Positions 38,986-47,731 of a stretch of 64,000 nt of DNA are shown in pieces. Below the pieces are notes generated by a model that was given only the letters and a program-made list of their open reading frames with translations, ran no database searches and was not told the origin of the DNA. Origin of the DNA: an uncultured delta proteobacterium (lineage in GTDB: Bacteria > Myxococcota_A > UBA9160 > SMWR01); the NCBI GenBank assembly GCA_963832165.1, contig CAWHTE010000005.1, positions 160,001 through 224,000 on the forward strand, given 5' to 3'. Position 1 is the first letter of the stretch. Every line of letters starts with the position of its first letter. A program made the position numbers and the translations under genes.

Positions 38986-39403
38986 GGCGGTTGTGGGGAG
39001 CGGTCGCAGAATCGCGGGGTTTGGGCGGGAGTCGAGTCCAATTAGGCTGCGAGATTTCGCAGGATAAGAGGGAGACGGGCGCGGGGGGCGGTCGCAGCTC
39101 TCGGTTCTCGCAGCCTATGTCGATGTTCGTTGCGGGCATCCGGCGTCGAAGCTCGCGACGGAGCACGTGAATCGCGTGACTGGAGCGGCGGCAAAGGCTG
39201 CGAGGCGATGGACGCATCCACGTGATCCGCAGCGGTGGACGAATCGTCCGGCGTGGGCAGCCGCGAGCGAAGCGGGGCGGCGAGACGCAGGATCGCAGGC
39301 GACCACTCGATCAGTGCAGGTCGCCCGGTTGCGTCGATCGCGAGCACGAACGGCGCGCAGCCACTTTCGAGGCGGAGCGGCCCCAGGATGCGGCCTCGAA
39401 TCC

Positions 39404-39500
39404 GGTGCGGCTGGTGCAGCCGGTGCTGCCTTCCACATCCTTTTCCCTGCGCGCGTGGGGGGGAGTTAGCGAGAGCTGCACCACCTGCACCGCGTGCACC
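39404..39500. repeat. Iteron-like repeats, putative replication origin
   Basis: GGTGC at 39404/39413/39422 and TGCACC at 39477/39486/39495. Confidence 0.65.
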
Positions 39501-39513
39501 TTGGCCCTGGTAG

Positions 39514-41032
39514 TCATCGGGTCCTCACCCCCTTGAATCCTCGAACACCGCCGTGCTGCGCCGTCTCTTCGAGGTCGGGGTTCTGGCGCAGCCGCTCGTA
39601 CACGGCCTCGGCGCGCAGTGGGAAGCGGTGCCCGTTGTCCGCGCACCATATTCGATAGCTCGCGTACAGCGCCGTTCGCGGCGTCACGGCCTGCGCGTGC
39701 TCAGCGAGCAGCGATCGTCGAGCCACCCGGCCACTGAGTCGAGTTGCCGCCGATAGTCGCCACCTGCATCGCGCACGGCCTTCGGTAGCTCGAAGCGCCC
39801 GCGTTCGATGAGTCGGCGCAGGGCATCGACGGCCGCCACGAGCAACCCCTCAAGCTCAGCCTGCGTCGTCAACTTCGCGACGAGGTAGGGGTCACGCTTC
39901 TCGGGGGCGATCACGCTCTGCATCGGGACCACGATCCAGCGCTCGAACGACGCTTCGCTCTGGTCCCTGGAGTACGGCGCTTCGTTCGCCGAGAAGATCG
40001 GCAGCGCGAAGCTCGTGAACGAAAACGGCTGGCCGTACTTCCGCTCGGCGTAGATCGCGTCGCCGCCGGTCATCATCTTAAACACGTCGGTGCGCTCGAT
40101 TGCCCTGGCGTCGAGGTCGCCGCAGACGTTTGCCAACTTTCCATAGAGCGCGGCGGCGGCAAAGCGAGACTCGGAGAATAGTTGCAGCGGTACCGAGGCG
40201 ACGTTCGCCGCTCCGAGCAGCGCGCGGATGATCGAGAGCAACACCAACTTGCCGTTTCGACCCGGCCCGAGGAGCAGCACCGCGGTGTGCAGCGAAAGAT
40301 CCGCGAGCAGCGCGTATCCGATGATCTCCAGCACGAGCTGCACGGTCGGCTCGTCGGGCAGCACATCTCCGAGGAAGGCTTCGATCCGCATACAGCAGGA
40401 GTGCACGTGCCACTCGATCGGGATCTGGATCGCGCTGCGGTGCTCAGGTGTGTGCGGGCGCAATTCACCGGTGCGCCAGTCGAGCAGCCCGTTGCGGACG
40501 TTGAGAAATTGCTCAGGTGGACGGTGCGGGATCGTTGGCGCTTCAGACGCAGCCACGAGATCACTTCGTCGGAATGCCGCCGCTTGAACTTCTGGCCCAA
40601 CCGGTCGCGCACCCAGGCGCGCGCGTGCTGCTCGCCGTCGGCGACGTAGACGCCATCGCTGTAGCGATACAGCCGATCGTCGTCGCCGAGGGCGAGATGA
40701 TGTTCGCGTTTGAGCAGGACGCCTGCGCGCGATGGGGTGAATCCGCTCTCGCCGAAGAACTCACCACCCGCGGTACTGCCATTGGCAGTAGATCGTGCCC
40801 CGGCGGTTCGCGAGCACAGCTCACCGAGCCCGAGCGCGTCGAGATGTTCCGAATCCGATCTCCCACAACCGCAGAGCAGAACAACGCCACCATCGCGACC
40901 CGCGCGGGCGGCCATCCAAGGCGGTGCGCCGTCTTCGAGTGGACACCGAGCGCGTCCGCTCGGGTCGAGCCCGCCGAGCCCAGCATCTTCGAGCGCGACG
41001 TGGACGCGGTCGATCGCGGCCGCCGCCGTCAT
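39514..41032 (-). CDS. P4/D5-family SF3 helicase with N-terminal Zn-finger-like domain, two frameshifts
   Basis: NVRNGLLDWRTGELRPH, GPGRNGK, LYGKLAN, FKMMTGGD..AERKY, IFSAN; C-terminal LYASYRIWCADNG. Confidence 0.88.
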
Positions 41033-41217
41033 TCGCCCGGCTCCGCCGTCGCCTCGGACGCGACGAGCCGCACCGGCCTCTCAAGACGCGCCAGACGCCG
41101 CCGTTCGAGCGCGGCCAGCTCCGACGCAAGGCGCTGGACCACTTTGGGGTCGTCCGAGCGGCCGAGGATGCGGACGCCACCGCCCAGGACGGACTCGATC
41201 AGTAGAGCCTCGCGCAT
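41029..41217 (-). CDS. Small hypothetical protein coupled to the helicase
   Basis: 62 aa, ATGA overlap with the helicase start. Confidence 0.5.
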   Translation of the reverse strand: MREALLIESVLGGGVRILGRSDDPKVVQRLASELAALERRRLARLERPVRLVASEATAEPGE

Positions 41218-41265
41218 GGGTTCCGACCTCCTGCCCGTCTACTCCGAGCCAGGAGGTGTTTGCGC

Positions 41266-42162
41266 TTACACGGCCCTACGAAATTTCGCGCGGATCCGAC
41301 CGAGGTGGACGCGAACGGTGGATGACGCGAGCCCGACGTGCTCGGCAGCAGCCTCGCTCTCGCCACCGTTCTCGTACATCGCGGCGACGATCTCGCGTTC
41401 GCGAGGGCTGAGCGCGGTGGCTGAACGGGCGCACTGGATTTGCAATTCCACCTCGCGATCCGACGCGGGGAGGTCCTCGACGTTTAGATCGGTGTGGGGA
41501 CGGTCCATCATCTCGCGAACGTCCCGCCGAACGATTGAAAACACGGCGTCAGCGAGCGCCTTCCGAAAACGCGGATTCTCGCGGCGGCAGAGATGGAATG
41601 GAAGCGAACCGACCTTCGCGGCCGCCTCGGGGGTCGCCGCCAGTACCAGCTCCCGCCGCAGCTCCTCCCGCTGGCGTCCCTCACGGATCGCAATTCGCCA
41701 GAGTGCGCGCTTCACCTCCGCGCGCGCATCGGGGTGTCCGTGGAACCCACCGAAAGCATTTGCAATCCATGCATCTGCAATCCATTCCGCCGCCAGATCG
41801 CGCGCATCGTCTGCGTAGGGCCATCCGCCGCGGTGCCGCATCGCACGAGCGGACCACGCCAGGTCTGGCTCCGCCGGAGTCTTCGCCTCCTCAACGTAGC
41901 CCTCCGCCATCCTGACGGTCTGTGCGGCCGCCTCGAAGTCCAAGGATGCGAGTACCGCGCGTAGCGCCTCTTGGGCCACATCCAGCATCGGCTGGAGCGT
42001 GCGCATAATCGCGCGGTACTGGCGATCGTGTTCGGCCACTAGTTCGCGCACGTGTTGCACGAGCCACGGCGGCGGCAGAACGTCACACGCTCGCTCTCCG
42101 ACGGGAGCGTCGGGCGCTGCAAGGATCTCGGCGGCCGTCAGTAGTCGAATCGCCTCACTCAC
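41266..42162 (-). CDS. Regulator with C-terminal sigma70-r4/LuxR-type HTH
   Basis: LSPREREIV..AAEHVGLASSTVRVHLGRIRAK. Confidence 0.7.
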   Translation of the reverse strand: MSEAIRLLTAAEILAAPDAPVGERACDVLPPPWLVQHVRELVAEHDRQYRAIMRTLQPMLDVAQEALRAVLASLDFEAAAQTVRMAEGYVEEAKTPAEPDLAWSARAMRHRGGWPYADDARDLAAEWIADAWIANAFGGFHGHPDARAEVKRALWRIAIREGRQREELRRELVLAATPEAAAKVGSLPFHLCRRENPRFRKALADAVFSIVRRDVREMMDRPHTDLNVEDLPASDREVELQIQCARSATALSPREREIVAAMYENGGESEAAAEHVGLASSTVRVHLGRIRAKFRRAV

Positions 42163-42173
42163 CCGTGGAAATC

Positions 42174-43325
42174 CTACTGCGCTCGCGAACGTCGCGCGAT
42201 TTCGAGCATCCCTTGGTCGAGTCGATTCGCGTAGCGCCGCGTGCTGCGAGAGTCGGCGTGCCCGAGGTAGTCGCGAACGGCGCGCTCGTTCTTGGTCCGC
42301 TCCATCGCTTCGGTTGCGAACGTGTGCTTAGTGCCCTCGTACAGCTTCACCGGCTTCGGCAGCCCGGCCTCGGTGCACGCGGCCGTCCACCGCTCGCGGA
42401 GCTGCCAGTGGGACCAGCGCCGACCCGATCGGGGGTTCGGGAGCAGCACCGCACCAGGATCGGCCGCGAGGCGCTTCTCGGCGGGCCAGCGTGCCTCGAT
42501 CCATGCGGCCACCAGCTCGGGCACCGGCACATCGCGATTGCGGCGCGTCTTCGTCGGGCCGACGCGCGCGCTCGGACCGGGACCCTGCACTGCCTTCGTG
42601 ATCGAGAGCCGCGGCGGATCGCCGGGGCGGTAGTCGGCGACGGTGAGCGCGCGAACCTCGCCGGGACGCAGCCCCATGAACGCCATCGCCAGGTGCGCGC
42701 CGCGGTCGGCTTCGGGGATCGCATCGAGGATCGCCTGTTGCGTCGCAGGCGAGAGAATCGTCGGCGTGTAGTTGGCCTGGGCGACGTGCGGGAACGCGGG
42801 AACCTCGCGCAACGTGCGCTGGCGCTGGCACCAGCGCAGGAACGCGCGAAATGCGCCGAGCACGTGTCGGCGCGTCTTGGGCGTAGAGCGCGCGTTCCTT
42901 CGCCATCCACAGCGACCACGATTCGAGCGCGCCCTCGGTGACTTCCGTCAATCCGCGCGCGCCCGACCACGCCACCTCCCCGCCCTTCCGGCCGTAGCGT
43001 CGATACTCGCGCACGGTGAGCGGGCTCCGATCGCCGATCTGAACGAGCCCGTCCATGTGTTCGAGCCAGCCCGTGTAGCGGTTGGCGATGCGGTGAATGT
43101 CGGCGACGACGGGCAGGAACTCCGAGACCGCTTCCTCCCGCGGCGTCCCCTGCGCGATCTTCACGCGGATCACGTTGAGCACAGCCTCGGCCATCGCTCG
43201 GTTGTCGCGCGAACGACACACCGGCGAGCCCGTGGATCCACCCGAAGGGCCTCGCGTCGATGCGCCAGCGCTGACCGTCCGACGTGCGCCGGACCTCACG
43301 ACAGCTTCCGGTCCCCGCGCGCCAT
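42174..43325 (-). CDS. Tyrosine recombinase (phage-type integrase), frameshifted
   Basis: GLRPGEVRAL, TKT, KHTFAT, LGHADSRSTRRY; N-terminal domains in adjacent frames. Confidence 0.88.
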
Positions 43326-43473
43326 CACGAGCACCGCGAGCATGTGCTCGGATTCGGTGCGAAGGCGGAAAGCGTCCATGCCTTCCGACTCCGCGCCGCG
43401 AGCGGATTTCGTTTACAGCGAACGCAACCGGTGCCGATCCCGTTGGGGCTCAACCCGGAGGAAGGGCTCCGAC

Positions 43474-43493
43474 TTGTGACGCAGTTGTGATGG
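43474..43493 (+). promoter_or_regulatory. Putative integrase arm-type sites, right
   Basis: TTGTGACGC and TTGTGATGG, 11-bp period. Confidence 0.6.
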
Positions 43494-43530
43494 CCGTAGG
43501 TGGGTGTAACTAACTGAAATGCGTGCTATT

Positions 43531-43606
43531 TGGCGTCCCCAACGGGAGTCGAACCCGTGTCGCCGCCTTGAAAGGGCGGTGTCCTAGGCCTCTAGACGAT
43601 GGGGAC
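43531..43606 (-). tRNA. tRNA-Glu(TTC)
   Basis: GTCCCCATCGTCTAGAGGCCTAGGACACCGCCCTTTCAAGGCGGCGACACGGGTTCGACTCCCGTTGGGGACGCCA, 76 nt with CCA. Confidence 0.98.
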
Positions 43607-43636
43607 GGCCGGCGCGCAAGATAGCGGAGCGAGGCT

Positions 43637-44269
43637 TCAATTCCCCGGCGCGATCGTATCGGCGACGCGCCACAGATACCACGACGCGACGCTGCGGTAG
43701 GGACGCCACGGCTCCGCGAGCACCTCGAGCTCGCGCGGCTTCGGCAGCTCGCGCAGCCCGTAGAGCTGCATCGCGCCCTTGCGGACCCCGTAGTCGCCGA
43801 CCGGCAGCACGTCGGGCCGCCCGAGCGAGAACATCAGGAGCATGTGCGCGGTCCACTCCCCGATCCCGTGGATCTGCGTCACCGCCGCAACGACGTCCGC
43901 GTCGTCCATCGCGCGCAGCCTTCGGTTCGACACGTCGCCCGCGGCGAACGCGGTCGCCACCGCGCGCACCGCGGCGATCTTCTGGCGCGAGAGCCCGGCC
44001 GCGCGCAGCTGGGTGTCGGGCGCCTCGAGCAGCAGCTCGGGCCGCGGGTAGCGCCCGCGCCACGGCGCGCGCAGGCGCGTGTCGATCGTGCGCGCGGCCG
44101 CGCCCGCGAGCTGCTGGTAGATCACCGAGCGCAGCAGCATCCGATACGGATCGCCGCGGTGCTCCATGGAGCACGGCCCGACGCGCCGGATCACGACGGC
44201 CAGAACCGGATCGCGCCGCAAGAGGGAGCGGCGCGCGCGAGCGTGTCCGTTGTCGTCCGGGGGAGTCAT
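43637..44269 (-). CDS. HhH-GPD DNA-3-methyladenine glycosylase II family protein
   Basis: SVIYQQL, GLSRQK, GIGEWTA, DYGVR, PWRPYRSVASWYLW. Confidence 0.9.
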   Translation of the reverse strand: MTPPDDNGHARARRSLLRRDPVLAVVIRRVGPCSMEHRGDPYRMLLRSVIYQQLAGAAARTIDTRLRAPWRGRYPRPELLLEAPDTQLRAAGLSRQKIAAVRAVATAFAAGDVSNRRLRAMDDADVVAAVTQIHGIGEWTAHMLLMFSLGRPDVLPVGDYGVRKGAMQLYGLRELPKPRELEVLAEPWRPYRSVASWYLWRVADTIAPGN

Positions 44270-44371
44270 CGAGCGGCGGATGGTAGCTGCCATGGGTCTG
44301 CACGCGTCCAGTGCCACCGGAACGCTCGCACGGCTCCGGCCCGTGCGACTTCCCGCCGATACGTCGGGGCG

Positions 44372-46237
44372 ATGGCGAAGGCTCAATCGGAGGGGGCTGC
44401 GCCCGGAGGCGTGCAGCGCGGCGTGCTGCGTCCCGCGCTCGGGCTCGAAGAGGTGCTCGAGCTGCTGGTCCAGCACCAGCTGCTCTCGGAGGGCCAGGCG
44501 CGCGAGGTAGCCGGGCGCGCCACCACGCTGCGCAGCAGCGTGCTCAAGGAGCGCGTCGGGTCCGTGCGCTCGCAGGCGGCCGCGCGCTATGACGTGTCGC
44601 CGGCCGAGATCGTGGCCGCGGCGCACTTCCCCGATCCCGATCCGAAGCAGGGCAAGATCGACGAGAACTCGGTGGCGAAGGTGCTCGCGGCGGCCGCGGG
44701 CGCTCCCTACCTGAAGATCGACCCTCTCGCGATCGACAACGATCTGGTCGCGAAGATGCTCTCGCGCCCGTTCGCGCACCGCCACGTGGTGATCCCGATC
44801 GCGCGCGAGCGCGACGCGATCGCGCTTGCGGTGACGGACCCGTTCGACACCGCGCTGCGCGACTCGCTCGAGCAGATGATCCAGGCGCCGCTGCGCTACG
44901 TCGTCGCTGCCAAGTCCGACATCATCGCGATCATCGATCGCGTCTACGGCTTCCGCTCGAAGGTAAATCAGGCGCAGGCGCAGCTCGGCCGCGGGGCCAC
45001 CGGTGGCGCGCTCGTGCAGCTCGTCGAGCTGCGCAGCAACGCCGAGCTCGCGGCGACCTCGAACGACGAGCACGTCATCGCGGCCGTCGACTATCTGCTG
45101 AACTACGCGTTCGAGCAGCGCGCCTCGGACCTCCACCTCGAGCCGCGCGCGAAGGACGCGGTGATCCGGTTCCGGATCGACGGCATCCTGCACGATATCG
45201 AGAACCTGCCGCTCGCCGTGCACGGCGCGGTGGTCTCGCGGATCAAGGTGCTCGCGGGCATGAACATCGCCGAGCGCCGCCGCCCGCAGGACGGCCGGAT
45301 CAAGACCCACCGCGCCGAGCGCGAGGTGGAGCTGCGCGTTTCGAGCATGGCGACCGCATTCGGCGAGAAGATCGTCGTGCGCGTGTTCGACCCGAGCGTG
45401 CTCATGACGAACCTGCAGGACCTCGGCTTCACCACGGCCGAGCGCGAGCGTTTCGAGAAGTGGATCACCTGCCCGAACGGGCTGATCCTCGTCACGGGCC
45501 CGACCGGCTCCGGCAAGACCACCACGCTCTACTCGACGCTCCGCTACCTCTCGGGCCCCGAGCTCAACATCACGACGGTCGAAGACCCGATTGAGATGGT
45601 CGACTCGCGCTTCTGCCAGGTGCAGGTCAACCCGCAGATCGACGTGACGTTCTCGAATGCGCTGCGCACGATCCTGCGCCAGGACCCCGACATCATCATG
45701 GTCGGCGAGATCCGCGACGCCGACACCGCGAACATGGCGGTGCAGGCCGCGCTCACGGGCCACCTGGTGTTCTCGACGCTCCACACGCGCAACGCCGCGG
45801 GCGCGGTCACGCGCCTGGTCGAGCTCGGCGTCGAACCGTTCCTGCTCTCGAGCGTGCTGCGCGGCGTGCTCGCGCAGCGCCTGATCCGGCGCATCTGCGT
45901 GCGCTGCGCAGTCGAGGGCACGCTGAATCCCGACCAGGTGACGGCGCTCGGCATCAAGGTGCCCGTCGAGCGCCGCGAGCGGCTCGTCGTGCGCTGGGGC
46001 GAGGGCTGCGTCGACTGCCGGCACACGGGCCTCTACGGGCGCACCGGCGTGTTCGAGATGCTCGACGTGGGCAAGCGCGTGCGCGCGCTCATCAACGAGG
46101 GCAAGGACGCCAACGAGATCGACCGCGCCGGGCGGATCGAGGGCATGGAGAACCTGCGCGAAGCCGCGCTGCGCAAGCTCGCCGACGGGCTGACCACCTA
46201 CGAAGAGGTCGCCCGCGTCACGGTGGACACCGAGTGA
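44372..46237 (+). CDS. GspE/PilB-family secretion ATPase
   Basis: ASDLHLEP, PQDG, GPTGSGKTTT, LRQDPD, GEIRD, STLHT. Confidence 0.93.
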   Translation: MAKAQSEGAAPGGVQRGVLRPALGLEEVLELLVQHQLLSEGQAREVAGRATTLRSSVLKERVGSVRSQAAARYDVSPAEIVAAAHFPDPDPKQGKIDENSVAKVLAAAAGAPYLKIDPLAIDNDLVAKMLSRPFAHRHVVIPIARERDAIALAVTDPFDTALRDSLEQMIQAPLRYVVAAKSDIIAIIDRVYGFRSKVNQAQAQLGRGATGGALVQLVELRSNAELAATSNDEHVIAAVDYLLNYAFEQRASDLHLEPRAKDAVIRFRIDGILHDIENLPLAVHGAVVSRIKVLAGMNIAERRRPQDGRIKTHRAEREVELRVSSMATAFGEKIVVRVFDPSVLMTNLQDLGFTTAERERFEKWITCPNGLILVTGPTGSGKTTTLYSTLRYLSGPELNITTVEDPIEMVDSRFCQVQVNPQIDVTFSNALRTILRQDPDIIMVGEIRDADTANMAVQAALTGHLVFSTLHTRNAAGAVTRLVELGVEPFLLSSVLRGVLAQRLIRRICVRCAVEGTLNPDQVTALGIKVPVERRERLVVRWGEGCVDCRHTGLYGRTGVFEMLDVGKRVRALINEGKDANEIDRAGRIEGMENLREAALRKLADGLTTYEEVARVTVDTE

Positions 46238-47712
46238 GCGGGGGTGCCGCCGCGGAAGAGCTGCGCGCGCTCGTGCGCGCGGGCTGGCGACTCGCCATCT
46301 TCGAGACCTTCGAGGAGGAGCGCGCGCTGAACCTGCTCGAGCGCGTCGCGAGCAGCAATGAACGCGCGCTCGTCACCTGGACCGTCGCCGCGGGACTCTC
46401 GGGCAACGGGGACGGTGCGGGCTCGCTCGACGCGGGGCTCTCCGCGATCGCGCGCTGCGACCAGCCCGCGCTGTTCGCGATGCTCGATGCGCACCGCTGG
46501 CTCGACGACGCGATCGGGCTGCGGCGCCTGCGCGATCTGCTTCCGCAGCTCGGCGCGCGCAAGCAGTGCATCGTGCTGGTCGGCCCGGTCTTCCATCTGC
46601 CGGTCGAGATCGAACGCGACGCGGGCCACGTCGCATTGCCGCTGCCGAATGCGGCCGAGATCGCGCATCTGTTCCAGCGCGTGCTCGAGCAGGGCGAGAC
46701 CAAGGTGGATGCGCAGGTACTGGGCCAGGCGATCCGCGGCGCGCTCGGGCTCTCATCGGGCGAGGCCGTGCGCGTGCTGCGCAAGGCGCTGCGCACCGCG
46801 GGCGCGCTCGATGGGCGCGCGGTGGCCGAGATCGTGCGCGACAAACGCCGCGCACTGCACCGCACACCCGCGCTCACATTCCTCGACGACGGTACCGGGC
46901 TCGACGACGTCGGCGGGCTCGGCGACCTCAAGAGCTGGCTCGCCGAGCGACGGCGCGCGTTCACGGACGAGGCGGTGGCATTCGGGCTGCCCACGCCGCG
47001 CGGGCTGCTCCTGCTCGGCGTCCAGGGCTGCGGGAAGTCGCTCTCCGCGCGCGCGGTCGCGCGCGAGTGGCAGTTCCCGCTGCTGCGCCTCGACCTCGCG
47101 GCTGCGTTCGGAGGAGAGCGCAGCCCCGAGCTCGCGCTGCGCGAAGCCGTCGAGGTGGCGGGCTCGCTCGCGCCCGCGGTGCTCTGGATCGACGAGATCG
47201 AGAAGGGGTTCGCCGCGGCGCTCTCGGATCCGGTCGCGTCGCGCGTGTTCGGCTGGTTCCTCACCTGGCTGTCCGAGAAGCGCGAGCCCGTGTTCGTGGT
47301 GGCGACCGCGAACGACGTGCAGGGACTACCGCCCGAGCTCTTGCGCCGCGGGCGCTTCGACGAGCTGTTCTTCGTCGACCTGCCCACGGCCCCCGAGCGC
47401 GCCGAGATCCTGCGCATCCACCTGCGCAAACGCGGGCGCGATCCGCTGCACTTCGAGGTCGATGAGCTCGCGCTCGCGGCCGAGCGCCTGACCGGGGCCG
47501 AGCTCGAGCAGGTGGTGGCCTCGGCGCTCTACACCGCGTTCGCGGAATCGCGCGAGCTCTCCGACAACGATCTCGCCAACGCGATCGAGCAGACCGTTCC
47601 GCTCTACGACACCTACGAGGAGCGGATCAAGGAGCTGCGCGACTGGGCCCGCCACCGCGCGCGGATGGCTTCCGTGGATGGGCGGATCGCCGAGCTCTTC
47701 TCGACGCGCTGA
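46234..47712 (+). CDS. AAA ATPase, Ycf46-like
   Basis: DVGGL..LKSWL, GVQGCGKS, WIDEIEK, ATAN, RRGRFDE. Confidence 0.9.
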   Translation: MSGGAAAEELRALVRAGWRLAIFETFEEERALNLLERVASSNERALVTWTVAAGLSGNGDGAGSLDAGLSAIARCDQPALFAMLDAHRWLDDAIGLRRLRDLLPQLGARKQCIVLVGPVFHLPVEIERDAGHVALPLPNAAEIAHLFQRVLEQGETKVDAQVLGQAIRGALGLSSGEAVRVLRKALRTAGALDGRAVAEIVRDKRRALHRTPALTFLDDGTGLDDVGGLGDLKSWLAERRRAFTDEAVAFGLPTPRGLLLLGVQGCGKSLSARAVAREWQFPLLRLDLAAAFGGERSPELALREAVEVAGSLAPAVLWIDEIEKGFAAALSDPVASRVFGWFLTWLSEKREPVFVVATANDVQGLPPELLRRGRFDELFFVDLPTAPERAEILRIHLRKRGRDPLHFEVDELALAAERLTGAELEQVVASALYTAFAESRELSDNDLANAIEQTVPLYDTYEERIKELRDWARHRARMASVDGRIAELFSTR

Positions 47713-47731
47713 ACGCGTTAGAATCGGACGC

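Larger units (their letters stand above)
34061..43558. mobile_element. Integrated phage-satellite-like element (PICI/P4-like) at tRNA-Glu
   Basis: 28-bp direct repeat at both ends; integrase, D5-type helicase, Nu1-like gene; no virion genes. Confidence 0.9.

Noticed and set aside
38990..39400. intI remnant or short ORFs upstream of attI
   Set aside because: No IntI N-terminal motif in any frame; the ORFs look low-complexity and unsupported.
42174..43325. Integrase as the integron integrase IntI
   Set aside because: It is tRNA-adjacent, co-oriented with the cassettes and over 3 kb from attI. The segment before box II is short, with no IntI-specific insertion visible.
34061..43558. Complete prophage or ICE
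   Set aside because: Too small; no capsid, portal, tail, lysis, relaxase or T4SS genes.
43637..46024. 795-aa minus-strand ORF
   Set aside because: Antisense shadow of GspE read through into the real glycosylase (43637-44269).
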